From Octopus sinensis (Eukaryota): 64,000 nucleotides of DNA. The DNA lies in NCBI RefSeq assembly GCF_006345805.1, contig NC_043020.1:13516001-13580000 (forward strand). Reading direction: 5' to 3'. A program made the translations under genes and the position numbers. Of this stretch, positions 12,445 through 25,149 are shown in pieces (position 1 is the first letter of the stretch; each line of letters opens with the position of its first letter). Below the pieces are notes generated by a model. The model did no database searches and was not told the origin of the DNA. It was given only the letters and a program-made list of their open reading frames with translations.

Positions 12445-12750
12445 TTTTACTTGTTTCTGTCATTAGACTGTGGCCATGCTGGGGCACTGCCATGAAGAAT
12501 ATCAATCAAACAAATTAACCCTAGTACCTATTTTCCTTTTCAGCCTGGCACTTTATTCTATCAGTCTCTTTTGCTGAACTGCTAAGTTACCAGCACACCA
12601 ACACCAATTGTCAGGCAGTGGTGGGGGACAAAGACAAACATACACAATGGGCTTCTTTTAGTTTCTATCGACAAAAGCCATTCTCAAAGCTTTGGTCAGC
12701 CCGAGGCTACAGTAGAAAACCCTTGCCCAAGGTTCCACACAGTGGGACTG
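12445..12750 (-). mobile_element. Diverged SINE family A
   Basis: TTTTACTTGTTTC.GTCATT.GACTGTGGCCATGCTGG ... CACAGTGGGACTGAAC. Confidence 0.7.
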
Positions 12751-12769
12751 AACTCAGTCCAGGCTATCA

Positions 12770-13047
12770 GATGTTGCTACACATCGCTGGTCACAATGCG
12801 CTTTGCATTGTTTTAGCCTTCAAATGATGCCATCCCGCTGGCTAAGCGAGCAGGCCAACAGAAGAAAGAGTGAGAGAAAGTTGCGGCGAAAGAGTACAGC
12901 AGAGATCGCCACCACCCCCTGCCAGAGCCTCGTGGAGCTATAGGTGTTTTCACTCAATAAACACTCACAACACCCGGTCTGGGAATCGAAACCGCGATCC
13001 TACAACCGTGAGTCCGCTGCCCTAACCACTGGGCCATTGCGCCTCCA
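12770..13047 (-). mobile_element. SINE family C
   Basis: Ends CCCTAACCACTGGGCCATTGCGCCTCC (reverse complement of head). Confidence 0.85.
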
Positions 13048-14204
13048 CACACACACATATATATATACACACACACACACACATACACACACACACACAC
13101 ACTTGATATCTTTGTAAGCAGGAAATAGGGATTGGCTGGAGTGGTTTCAGTCCCATGTTGGGACTTCATCAGCAAACTACTTACCACACAGCGATGCCGT
13201 TATCAAATATGTCCTTCCATTTTTAAGATGATAGAGCATTATTTGAGGAAGATTTGTCTTATTTTTAACAGGTTGTGTAACCACATAAGGATTTTCTTGT
13301 TGGCTCTTGTGGTGATGGTAGTGTTGTTGGTGGTGGTGGTGATGATGGTGATGGCAGTTGAGGTGACGATGGTGGCGTTGTTGGTGGTAATTTTATAGCT
13401 GCTTGAGTGTGTAGTAGTAGTAGTAGTAGTGTTGGTGTCAATGGCAGCAGCAGTAGTGGTGGTGGTAGTGCCAGTGTGTGAGAATTTTTACCAAATTTAG
13501 CTGAGCATGAAAGAGTCAAATGTCGTAAGGTGATTAATCTTGAGTCTTTTCATGGTTTTTTGAAGTTCTTTTTTACTTCCCTCTCCATCTCTTCCTCCTC
13601 CTCTCCCTCCTCACTCTCTCTCTTTCTCTCCCTTCCTCCTCTTTCTCCCTTTCTCTCTCTTTCTCTCCATCTCTCTCCCTCCCTCCCTCCTATCCTTTTT
13701 ATCACCATGTTTCTCTCTCTTACATCTATTGTAATGTTACAAAACCAGAGACTCTTTCACTCCTGGCAGGGACTGAAATATCAGAAATCACAATAACATT
13801 TGGTTTTGGTTAGGCTTGTGTGTGTGTGTTGTGTGTGTGTGTGTGTTGTTTGTTTGTTTGTTTCTCTTTTAATCAGATAAAAATGTCTTTTGACTGAAAA
13901 TCGTGTTGGATGGAATTAAATTTTGAAAAACATTTGATATTATTTTTTACATTTCTGCTTGGAATTGTAATTTGAGGAGTCAGTTGAAACTAGAAGTGAT
14001 TGTGTGTGTGGGTGAGGGTGGAAGAGAAATAGGGGGGAGAGAAAGGAAGAGAGAGGAAGTATAGGAGGGAGGAGGAAGAGAGAGAGAAAGTGTAAGAGGG
14101 AGGACATAGACAGAGAGAGACACAATGAGAAAGTCTTACCACTAGATGCAGTTTAATGCAATACCCAGGACTATATATATACATATATATATTATATATA
14201 TATA

Positions 14205-14407
14205 TACCGGAGTAAACACATAAATGTGAAACAAGGTGGAAAAAAGAGTACTCAAATACCAGTGGTAGAGTAATATGCTTTATTTTAAGCAGCAGAAAAT
14301 TCAACAAAATCTGTTACTCTGAGTTTCTCGTTGCCGTTCATCTGATGAACGGCAACGAGAAACTCAGAGTAACAGATTTTGTTGAATTTTCTGCTGCTTA
14401 AAATAAA

Positions 14408-14408
<1 letters not shown>
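14205..14408. mobile_element. Penelope-like terminal-repeat fragment with perfect fold-back and hammerhead-like core
   Basis: 65-bp perfect inverted arms (14278-14342 / 14344-14408); CTGATGA..GAAAC core at axis; AATAAA; flanked by (TA)n on both sides. Confidence 0.6.
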
Positions 14409-14447
<39 letters not shown>

Positions 14448-14449
<2 letters not shown>

Positions 14450-14860
14450 CATCATCATCATCATTTAACGTCCGCTTTCCATGCTGGCATGGGTTGGACG
14501 ATTTAACTGAGGTCTGGTGAACCAGACTCCAATCTGATCTGGCAGAGTTTCTACAGCTGGATGCTCTTCCTAACGCCAACCACTCCGAGAGTGTAGTGAG
14601 TGCTTTTATGTGCCACCAGCATGAGGGCCAGTTTGGTGGTACTGGCAACAGCCACGTCCAAATTGTGCTTTTTACGCGCCACCTGCACAGGAGCCAGTCC
14701 AGCGGCACTGGCGACATCCTCGCTCGAATGTTTCACGTGCCACCAGCACAAGTGTTAGTAAGACGACACGGTAACAATCACACTCGAATGGTGTGCTTAA
14801 TGTGCCACCGGAACGAAGGCCAGTTTGTTGCTCAGGCAATGATCTCACTCGTATGATACT
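14448..14860 (-). mobile_element. Family E element
   Basis: (CAT)n tail, GGATGCTCTTCCTAACGCCAACCACTCC, internal GTGCCACC repeats. Confidence 0.8.
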
Positions 14861-15251
14861 CGTATGACCTGTAGGGACACTGTATTTTGTTATGCAACCA
14901 TAATATAAAGTGTATCAAATGTTCTTATAAGTCAGTACTATGTTCTACTGTGTTAGCAGTGCTATGAAATCACTTGATGACAGAAATGACTGAGATATGT
15001 GGGGCATTGCTGTACTTTTGAAGACCTGGCTACCACAACAGAATTGAGATCCTAAAACCAAGGTGCTGCGTAAAACCATTGGTGTGGGTGCTGGTGCCAT
15101 GTGGAAAACACTGGTGATGGTGTCGCATAAAAAGCATCCAGTACACTCTGGAGTGGTTGGCATTAGGAAGGGCACCCAATTGTAGAAACCAAGCTAAAAC
15201 AGACTATAGAACCTGGTGTAGACCCCTGGCCTTACCAGTTTCTCTCATTCT

Positions 15252-15482
15252 TATTTCTTTATTGCCCACAAGGAGCTAAACATAGAGGGGACAAACAAGG
15301 TCAGACAAAGGGTTTAAGTCGATTACATCGACCTCAGTGCGTAACTGGTACTTAATTTATCGACCCCGAAAGGATGAAAGGCAAAGTTGACCTCGGCGGA
15401 ATTTGAACTCAGAACGCAGCGGTGGACGAAATACCACAAAGCATTTTGCCCAGCTTGCTAACATTTCTGCCAGCTCGCCGCC
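15252..15482 (-). mobile_element. SINE family B inserted in a family E element
   Basis: Full B monomer ending GCCAGCTCGCCGCC; E sequence on both sides (14990-15240, 15490-15560). Confidence 0.8.
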
Positions 15483-16104
15483 TAAGCTCCTCTCATTCTG
15501 TTCAACCCATGCCAGCATGGAAAACAGATGTTAGATGATGATGGTGATGATGATGATGATACATTTGAAAGTCTACTGTTACAGGAGACAAGTAGTGAAC
15601 TATTGATCTTGTTTAGTGTCTGACATGTACTCCTAGTTTAGACCGAATGAGCCATTCTGCTTTCTAGAAGAAGGACACCTTAACTGATGTATTCTTTCTA
15701 CAAGAAGATGTACATATATTTTTCAATTGACTCTGCTTTTCTTGCTAATGGCTTCAATAAGAAACGACATAAAACCAGGAATGAAATCTCTGACAAATGG
15801 AAAAATGATTTTCAAACCAATTCTTGTCATGTTCCATCACAGCTCACCTGAAAACCAAAATATTTCAAAGAATTATTTTCACCATACACTTTGTAAAGTT
15901 CTTAAGTAACATTTCAGTACACTTTGTTCAATTCTAACACTACAGAAAATGGTTAAACATTCAATGCTTCTCTCTAATGCACTTTCATGGCAAATTATTT
16001 CCAATCTGTTGCTACGTGACGTCTTTTGGTGAACGAAAAGAAAATGTTTTGCTTCTTCTATTTTTACTGTTGGCAAATCAAAATATTTCAGTATTTTTCT
16101 TCAA

Positions 16105-16122
16105 GTTAAATCTCCCTCTCTT

Positions 16123-16191
<69 letters not shown>

Positions 16192-16194
16192 ACT

Positions 16195-16225
<31 letters not shown>

Positions 16226-16315
16226 ACTCTTTTCTCTCTCTCTCTCTCTCTCTCTACTCTTTTCTCTCTCTCTCTACTCTTTTCTCTCTCTCTCTCTCTC
16301 TCTCTACTCTTTTCT

Positions 16316-16346
<31 letters not shown>

Positions 16347-16495
16347 ACTCTTTTCTCTCTCTCTACTCTTTTCTCTCTCTCAAATATATATTAGCTCTCT
16401 TTCTATTATTATTCTCTCATTTCATATATATATACACACACATATCCATATCTGTCTCTGTCTGTCTCTCTCTCTCTCTGTCTCTCTCTCTTACC
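16105..16495. repeat. (CT)n/CTACTCTTT low-complexity tract
   Basis: Direct observation. Confidence 0.9.
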
Positions 16496-16898
16496 TTTTG
16501 AAGCACTTACAATTCTCTCTCAATACCCAATACTTTGATAAACCATCACATTTCTTCACTGATTCCCCTTCTCTTCACCCTTCCCCCCAACCTGACATAA
16601 AATCTGTTGTTATTACCAGAATAATTTATCATATTTGTTGTGATACACAACTTCACACCTTTAGCAGTAAGATAACTTCTACATATAAATAAATAAGTCT
16701 TTTAAGGTTACCATTTTTATGGGAACAACTTTATTCCCTTTTATTCTTTTCCTGGTTTCAGTCATTGGATTGTACATATTCTGGGGCACCGGCTTCAATA
16801 ATTTCTAGCCGATTACTTCATCTGGCATACATTTTGTCAATATCTCAAGGTGACTGAATGTAAAATCAACCAGGCAACTTGCCGGAAGCAAAATGTCA

Positions 16899-17300
16899 CT
16901 GCAGGAGTGGCTGTGTGGTAAGTAGCTTGCTAACCAACCACATGGTTCCGGGTTCAGTCCCACTGCGTGGCATCTTGGGCAAGTGTCTTCTGCTATAGCC
17001 CCGAGCCAACCAATGCCTTGTGAGTGGATTTGGTAGACGGAAACTGAAAGAAGCCTGTCGTATATATGTATGTATATATATGTATGTGTTTGTGTGTCTG
17101 TGTTTGTCACCCTAGCATTGCTTGACAACAGATGCTGGTGTGTTTACGTCCCCGTCACTTAGCGGTTCGGCAAAAGAGACCGATAGAATAAGTACTGGGC
17201 TTACAAAGAATAAGTCCCGGGGTCGATTTGCTTGACTAAAGGCGGTGCTCCAGCATGGCCGCAGTCAAATGACTGAAACAAGTGAAAGAGTAAAAGAGTA
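16899..17300 (+). mobile_element. SINE family A
   Basis: Full head, core, microsatellite and tail. Confidence 0.9.
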
Positions 17301-17356
17301 AGTGTTTCCTTTCGGAGCATCGACTTTACCATCTTTTGACAATACACAGAACCATA

Positions 17357-17527
17357 TATGTGAGGGGTGATGAAGGGTTTCTGGTTTTAAGGGTATTGCA
17401 AAAGGCCTGGCTACAAGCCTAACCTTCCAAGTTCTTTTAGAGGGCTTAGAAAAACTGAAGGACCGCTGCACTAAGTGTGTGAATCTGAGAGGGGAATAAG
17501 CCAGGAACTTTTCAGCAGTCCCTCATA
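17357..17527 (+). mobile_element. mariner-derived MITE
   Basis: Imperfect TIRs (TATG.GAGGGG...CTGG / CCAGGAACTTTTCAGCAGTCCCTCATA), TA ends, internal GLEKLKDRCTKCVNLRGE resembling the mariner transposase C-terminus (L..RW.KC...G.Y). Confidence 0.7.
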
Positions 17528-17529
17528 TA

Positions 17530-18360
17530 TATATGTGTGTGTGTGTGTGTGTCTGTGTTTGTCCCCCCAACATCGCTAGACAACCGATGCTGGTGTGTTT
17601 ACGTCCCCGTAACCTAGCGGTTCAGCAAAAGAGATTGATAGAATAAGTACTAGGCTTACAAAGAATAAGTCCTGGGTTCGATTTCCTCGACTAAAGGCGG
17701 TACTCCAGCATGGCCACAGTCAAATGACTGAAACAAGTAAAAGAGTAACGAGTAATATATATATATTACTTTATATAATTAGAGTTCAGCAAAAAAAATT
17801 GCTTTACCACATACCGAACTTTTAGAAATAGCAGCCAAAAAAATTTAGCTATTCTTCTATTATAAGAAGAGTCTCCCAGATGTTTAAATTTACCGTAAAT
17901 GGTCCTTTTACATACTGAACACTGCTTGGTAAAATTATCAATTACTAATTAATTAATTAATTTTGCCCTTTATTATTATTGACTATACATACATACATAT
18001 ATATATATATATATGTGTGTGTCTATGGAAACTGGTAATGGGCTTGGTCGGATGTAAAATGCAGACCTTATTTCAAGCTGTTAATTAAGTATTTTGGTAA
18101 TCAGTTGTAAGATACAGTTTATGGATAAGTTACAGTTTATATAGATACAATATTGTTATATAGATATACATGTAGCGTTGATGAGGTACTTACATATAGG
18201 CGCAGGAGTGGCTGTGTGGTAAGTAGCTTGCTAACCAACCACATGGTTCCGGGTTCAGTCACACTGCGTGGCATCTTGGGCAAGTGTCTTCTGCTATAGC
18301 CCCGGGCCAACCAATGCCTTGTGAGTGGATTTGGTAGACGGAAACTGAAAGAAGCCCGTC

Positions 18361-18410
<50 letters not shown>

Positions 18411-19238
18411 GTGTGTGTGTGTTGTGTGTGTCTGTGTTTGTCCCCCCAACATCGCTAGACAACCGATGCTGGTGTGTTTACGTCCCCGTAACTTAGCGGT
18501 TCAGCAAAAGAGATTGATAGAATAAGTACTAGGCTTACAAAGAATAAGTCCTGGGTTCGATTTCCTCGACTAAAGGCGGTACTCCAGCATGGCCACAGTC
18601 AAATGACTGAAACAAGTAAAAGAGTAAACGAGTAATATATATATATTACTTTATATAATTAGAGTTCAGCAAAAAAAATTTGCTTTACCACATACCGAAC
18701 TTTTAGAAATAGCAGCCAAAAAAATTTAGCTATTTCTTCTATTATAAGAAGAGTCTCCCAGATGTTTAAATTTACCGTAAATGGTCCTTTTACATACTGA
18801 ACACTGCTTGGTAAAATTATCAATTACTAATTAATTAATTAATTTTGCCCTTTATTATTATTGACTATACATACATATATATATATATATGTGTGTGTCT
18901 ATGGAAACTGGTAATGGGCTTGGTCTGGATGTAAAATGCAGACCTTATTTCAAGCTGTTAATTAAGTATTTTGGTAATCAGTTGTAAGATACAGTTTATG
19001 GATAAGTTACAGTTTATATAGATACAATATTGTTTATATAGATATACATGTAGCGTTGATGAGGTACTTACATATAGGCGCAGGAGTGGCTGTGTGGTAA
19101 GTAGCTTGCTAACCAACCACATGGTTCCGGGTTCAGTCACACTGCGTGGCATCTTGGGCAAGTGTCTTCTGCTATAGCCCCGGGCCAACCAATGCCTTGT
19201 GAGTGGATTTGGTAGACGGAAACTGAAAGAAGCCCGTC

Positions 19239-19280
<42 letters not shown>
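17530..19280. repeat. ~880-bp tandem duplication (SINE A 3' half + unique + SINE A 5' half)
   Basis: TACATATAGGCGCAGG at 18191 and 19069; both copies share private SINE variants and the unique spacer. Confidence 0.9.
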
Positions 19281-19284
<4 letters not shown>

Positions 19285-19512
19285 GTGTGTGTGTTTGTGT
19301 GTCTGTGTTTGTCCCCCTAGCATTGCTTGACAACAGATGCTGGTGTGTTTACGTCCCCGTCACTTAGCGGTTCGGCAAAAGAGACCGATAGAATAAGTAC
19401 TGGGCTTACAAAGAATAAGTCCCGGGGTCGATTTGCTCGACTAAAGGCGGTGCTCCAGCATGGCCGCAGTCAAATGACTGAAACAAGTAAAAGAGTATAA
19501 AAAGAGTAAGAG
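19076..19512 (+). mobile_element. SINE family A
   Basis: Full-length copy (another at 18197-18633). Confidence 0.9.
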
Positions 19513-19949
19513 TATAGCAGAATAACAGAAATGAGATCACTGTTTGCCTTTAAAGAGAGAGAGAAACCTGCTCCCCTCAGAATCATAGAACCATACCACC
19601 TGGCCAACCTTGACCCATTCTCTAATCAGTTTGTGTCGGGGTAGGGAGGTAATTCATACTTTTTCAGCTTCTGATTATATAAAACGTGACCCCCTTCTCT
19701 CTTTCTGCAATCCATACTGTAATATTTCTGTACAGAAATAATTATGTTTTTGCTGTGAAAATTCCTCTTGTCACCTAACAACCAGCTCTAGTGTTCTAGA
19801 AGTTCCTTTCTATAGCAAATTTCAAAATATCTATTTTTAACATTTGTTTTTGTTGGTTTTGTTTGTTTATTTTTTGTTTTTGTTTTTGTTTGTTGCTTTT
19901 TTTTTCTTGTTGTTTGTTTTCAGCTCTCGTAAACTGTTTGATTATTTAA

Positions 19950-19992
19950 CACTAATTATATTTTCTCATTTTTCTGTCTTTTTCAGGTAAGT
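19950..19992 (+). promoter_or_regulatory. Candidate recursive splice site (branch point, pyrimidine tract, CAG|GTAAGT)
   Basis: CACTAAT 19950-19956; TTTTCTCATTTTTCTGTCTTTTTC 19961-19984; AG 19985-19986; GTAAGT 19987-19992. Confidence 0.55.
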
Positions 19993-20334
19993 ACATCCAT
20001 CATATCTCACACAATGTCAAACACGTTGAAAATTTAATATTTGATCAACTGCAGCAGTGATAAGTATACATTCTATGTCAAACTAATAATAATAATAATA
20101 ATAATGATAATAAAGCCAGTGATGAATGTTATGTTGAAAAATGGGATGAAATATGTGTATATGTGTGTGTAATTTATATATACAAATGTATAAATGTATG
20201 TATACACGTATGTTTACAGTTGGATAGATAGACAAATATAACAAAATAATTTGATAAAAAATGTGAATTTTTAATTATTTTCTGAGATTTTACAAAAACA
20301 ACAAAAATTAAGTTATGATATGAATGCATAATTA

Positions 20335-20737
20335 CTCTTTTACTCTTTTACTTGTTTCAGTCATTTGACTGTGGCCATGCTGGAGCACCACCTTTAGTAG
20401 AGCAAATCGACCCCAGGACTTATTCTTTGTAAGCCTAGTACTTATTCTATCGGTCTCTTTTGCCGAACCGCTAAGTTACGGGGACGTAAACACACCAGCA
20501 TTGGTTGTCAAGCTATGTTGGGGGGACAAACACAGACACACAAACATATATATACACACACACACATATATACGACGGGCTGCTTTCAGTTTCTGTCTAC
20601 CAAATCCACTCACAAGGCTTTGGTCGGCCCAAGGCTATAGTAGAAGACACTTGCCCAAAGTGCCATGCAGTGGGACTGAACCCAGAACCATGTTGTTGGT
20701 AAGCAAGCTTCTTACCACACAGTCACTCTTACGCCTA
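20335..20737 (-). mobile_element. SINE family A
   Basis: Full-length reverse-complement copy. Confidence 0.9.
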
Positions 20738-20954
20738 TAGGATAAAGTCATTATTTAATGATTTATCAGTGACCAGCATACTAACAAGACCATAATGGTT
20801 GATTTATATTACCGTATAATTATAAAATTATAATAAGGACATTGAAACAACAGCACTTGTATGCTAGAAATAGACCCCAAATGCTCTACAAACCACTTAA
20901 GTTATTACTCCATTACAACAAGGTTGTATACAAGGAAAATGGACAGAAAGGATT

Positions 20955-21182
20955 TTAACCCTTTAATGTTCAGATTACTCTGTTAAATGTAATACTTTTT
21001 CACTCAAATTGTTTTGAATTAATCCTGGATCATCTTACAGCTTTGAGGTTTCAATGATGTGATTATATATTTTTATAATGTCTATGTAGGTTAGGTGTGA
21101 GAGGTTAGATATGGCCAGTTTGAATATAAAACATGTAGAATATTTGGGCCAGATATGGCCGGTTTAAATACTAAAGGGTTAA
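20955..21182. mobile_element. piggyBac-like MITE (copy at 22028-22256)
   Basis: TTAACCCTTTA ... (A)CTAAAGGGTTAA termini. Confidence 0.7.
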
Positions 21183-21183
21183 T

Positions 21184-21527
21184 TAAAGGTAAAGACCCCC
21201 TTCGGTCATGAATGACCATGGGATTGCACCTAGAAAGTTACCCTCCTAGACACAAGTCCGGGCAAGGTTGTTTTTATGGAAGACCAGCAGTCGCCCATGC
21301 ATACCAGCCTCCCCTCTCCATGCCACCAGTGTTATCCAAGGGAAAGACAAAGGTCGATACAGCTTGGCACCTGTGACGTCGCAACTCATTTCTACAGCTG
21401 AGTGAACTGGAGCAACGTGAAATAAAGTGTTTTGCTCAAGAACACAACACGCAGCCCGGTCCGGGATTCGAGCTCACAACCTCACGATCGTAAGCTCGAC
21501 GCTCTAACCACTGAGCCATGCGCCTTC
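21184..21527 (-). mobile_element. SINE family D, young full-length (copy at 22258-22601)
   Basis: tRNA-like head with GAGCTCGAATCCC; 14-bp TSD ACTAAAGGGTTAAT at 21170-21183 and 21528-21541. Confidence 0.9.
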
Positions 21528-23170
21528 ACTAAAGGGTTAATATATTGTGGATAATACTATATCTTAAGATTTCACAGTTTTCAGTATTAACGACGCTTTC
21601 TACTCTTCAGTATTGTAAACCAATTGTAAATAAATGAGAAATAAATTTACATACCATAGGTATACAGTCGTACAAATATGAGCAATATACATACATTTCA
21701 CACGTATATACGTTGTAAAATCTGAAAGCCATTTCGATTATGTGGTTATTTACTCAGAACAATTCTGCAAATATGTTTGTGGAGTGAATTAATATATACT
21801 TATACATAATTTGGATAAAGTCATTATTTATGATTTATCAGTGACCAGCGTACTGACAAGACCGTAATGGTTAATGGTTATATTTCAGTATAATTATAAA
21901 GCTATAATAAGGGCGTTGAAACAACAACTCCTGTACGCTAGAAATAGACTTCAAATGTTCTACACACCACTTAAGTTATTACTCCATTACTACAAGATTG
22001 TATGCAAAGAAAATGGACAGAAAGGATTTTAACCCTTTAATGTTCAGATTACTCTGTTAAATGTAATACTTTTTCACTCAAATTGTTTTGAATTAATCCT
22101 GGATCATCTTACAGCTTTGAGGTTTCAATGATGTGATTATATATTTTTATAATGTCTATGTAGGTTAGGTGTGAGAGGTTAGATATGGCCAGTTTGAATA
22201 TAAAACATGTAGAATATTTGGGCCAGATATGGCCGGTTTAAACACTAAAGGGTTAATTAAAGGTAAAGACCCCCTTCGGTCATGAATGACCATGGGATTG
22301 CACCTAGAAAGTTACCCTCCTAGACACAAGTCCGGGCAAGGTTGTTTTTATGGAAGACCAGCAGTCGCCCATGCATACCAGCCTCCCCTCTCCATGCCAC
22401 CAGTGTTATCCAAGGGAAAGACAAAGGTCGATACAGCTTGGCACCTGTGACGTCGCAACTCATTTCTACAGCTGAGTGAACTGGAGCAACGTGAAATAAA
22501 GTGTTTTGCTCAAGAACACAACACGCAGCCCGGTCCGGGATTCGAGCTCACAACCTCACGATCGTAAGCTCGACGCTCTAACCACTGAGCCATGCGCCTT
22601 CACTAAAGGGTTAATATATTGTGGATAATACTATATCTTAAGATTTCACAGTTTTCAGTATTAACGACGCTTTCTACTCTTCAGTATTGTAAACCAATTG
22701 TAAATAAATGAGAAATAAATTTACATACCATAGGTATACAGTCGTACAAATATGAGCAATATACATACATTTCACACGTATATACGTTGTAAAATCTGAA
22801 AGCCATTTCGATTATGTGGTTATTTACTCAGAACAATTCTGCAAATATGTTTGTGGAGTGAATTAATATATACTTATACATAATTTGGATAAAGTCATTA
22901 TTTACTGATTTATCAGTGACCAGCGTACTGACAAGACCGTAATGGTTAATGGTTATATTTCAGTATAATTATAAAGCTATAATAAGGGCGTTGAAACAAC
23001 AACTCCTGTACGCTAGAACTAGACTTCAAATGTTCTACACACCACTTAAGTTATTACTCCATTACTACAAGATTGTATGCAAAGAAAATGGACAGAAAGG
23101 ATTTTAAAATATTATGGATAATACTGTTTGATTCATACATACGTATGTGTAAATGTACATGCTATATATT

Positions 23171-23264
<94 letters not shown>

Positions 23265-24789
23265 CATTTATTATTAATAATCAACAGAAGTTACAGAGTC
23301 ACGTAAGTGCCAAAAGTTTCATACATTAGCAGAGGATTAATAACTTACAGAAATCAGGTTTGGTATTCAATGCTTTATAGAACATACATGTGTTTCAGCA
23401 ACCTCCCAGCATAGTTACATAACAGTTGTATAAACACAATATAATCTTCTTGCATCGCACTTCATCAGTGTTCTGCAATAATTACTTTTATATATATATA
23501 ATTCTATAACATAACCCTTATTCCGCTTTCTAGCCTGTCTGGAGGTTGATGCTACATTGTATATAGGAATGGAGTGTGAATCCCTCAACTGAGCCTAATC
23601 TTAAATTATGTATTGCATTTCACAGTGCCTATGTTCAATAGATCTCAGTGACTTATATATACTTATGTCTCGTGATTTACACATACATGGGTGTGTTTGT
23701 TTTCGCAATCTAGAAATATGTGTGTAATGACACGCCAAGCTTATATACATCTGTGTAAATATATATATATGTGTGTGAGTGTGTACACACACATACACCT
23801 ATGTAGAATAGTTGTATCTGTAGAATATGTGATTTGCATGCCTGGTTCTTTCACATATGCATGCGTATATGTGATATGTATGCATGTGGTGTATACATGT
23901 ATTTTATATGCAAACATCAAACGCAAATTTATGTCTCTCATTTGTACATGCATTTGCATGCATGTGTGTGTGTGTGTATGTGTACATCTCTGCAAAAGTG
24001 TATGTTCTATGTATGACATGACGTGTGTGCGTGTGTGAGGGAGAGAGAGAGAGTGTGTGTGTTCATGTCTGACTCCCTCTCTTCCTTCTCTTCCTACTAC
24101 TTCCTCTCTCTCTCGCTTTCTCTCTTCTAATTATGTAATATGAAGCAGGAGGGAAGGGAGAGGGTTTTTTTTCATGGGTGGATGTGAACTTCTGAACTTT
24201 GCATAATATGCACCCATACGCACACATACATCCACACACACACATGCACATGTACATATCCATACATACTCCCATCCACACAATTATGTAATGAGGTGAC
24301 TCTATGAATGAAAGTAGTTTAACATTTGGAAATTGATGCTCAACCAGGTAACACCCCCACCCTCTATTTTTCTTTGGTCTTTTTTTTTCTTTTTGATGGC
24401 AGCAGAAATCGGTCGGAACAGCAGAAATTCTAGAATATTTGGAAATCCGTGTCTGCGTCTTTCATTCTTCAATAGTTTGCTCAATGCAGAGTTCCTTACA
24501 ATGCTACACTTTCACATTCTTACTCATGTTTATTCACACACCTCACACACACACACACACATACGTATATATATTTATACGTCTATATATTTTTCCGTGT
24601 TTATGTACAGATATTTGGATGAGGTAATAGCATCAGAGTTTTCTGCCTTGCTTGATTTTAGATCTTAGACATTCCTAGTGGGAGGTTTTTTCTTCTAATC
24701 TCAAAGATAATCTCAGTTAATTTCAGTCTTTCAACTCCTTGTATTTCACATGTTAGACCTTACTCTGTATGTATATGTATCCATACATT

Positions 24790-24824
<35 letters not shown>

Positions 24825-25149
24825 TATGAATGTAACTACATGTGGAGTGTTGGTAATTTTTTTCCTGTCTTCCTTCTCTCTTGGACTTTCCTTCCCTGAA
24901 CATCTTATTAATAATTTGTATGTACCATATCCTTGTATTTTTTCTTGTGTTTTTTTTTAATTATATATATATAATATTTATAAAAAATTTATTTCACAAA
25001 TAAAACTTAACTAAATCAACCCATTATTTTGTTTGCTTCACACCCATTGCCCCCTTTTTGCTACCCCATTATCACTCCACTTTTCTTCAATGCCCCCTGG
25101 ATCTTTCCATCACCACCAGTGGAGCAGTACTGCCCATTTTATGAACCAC

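Larger units (their letters stand above)
20740..23107. repeat. ~1.07-kb tandem duplication, 2 full copies + partial third
   Basis: GGATAAAGTCATTATTTA at 20740, 21813 and 22887; each full unit carries a TTAA MITE and a SINE D. Confidence 0.9.

Noticed and set aside
13141-13180. Minus-strand CTGATGA-AGTCCCA-ACA-TGGGACT-GAAAC hammerhead-like core
   Set aside because: Helix II is perfect but no helix III/NUH can be built, and the pieces derive from a rearranged SINE A head (GGGACTGAA, AGCAAACTACTTACCACACAGC)
15590-16090. Unique stretch with short ORFs, possible transposase remnant
   Set aside because: No diagnostic motif recognised in any frame
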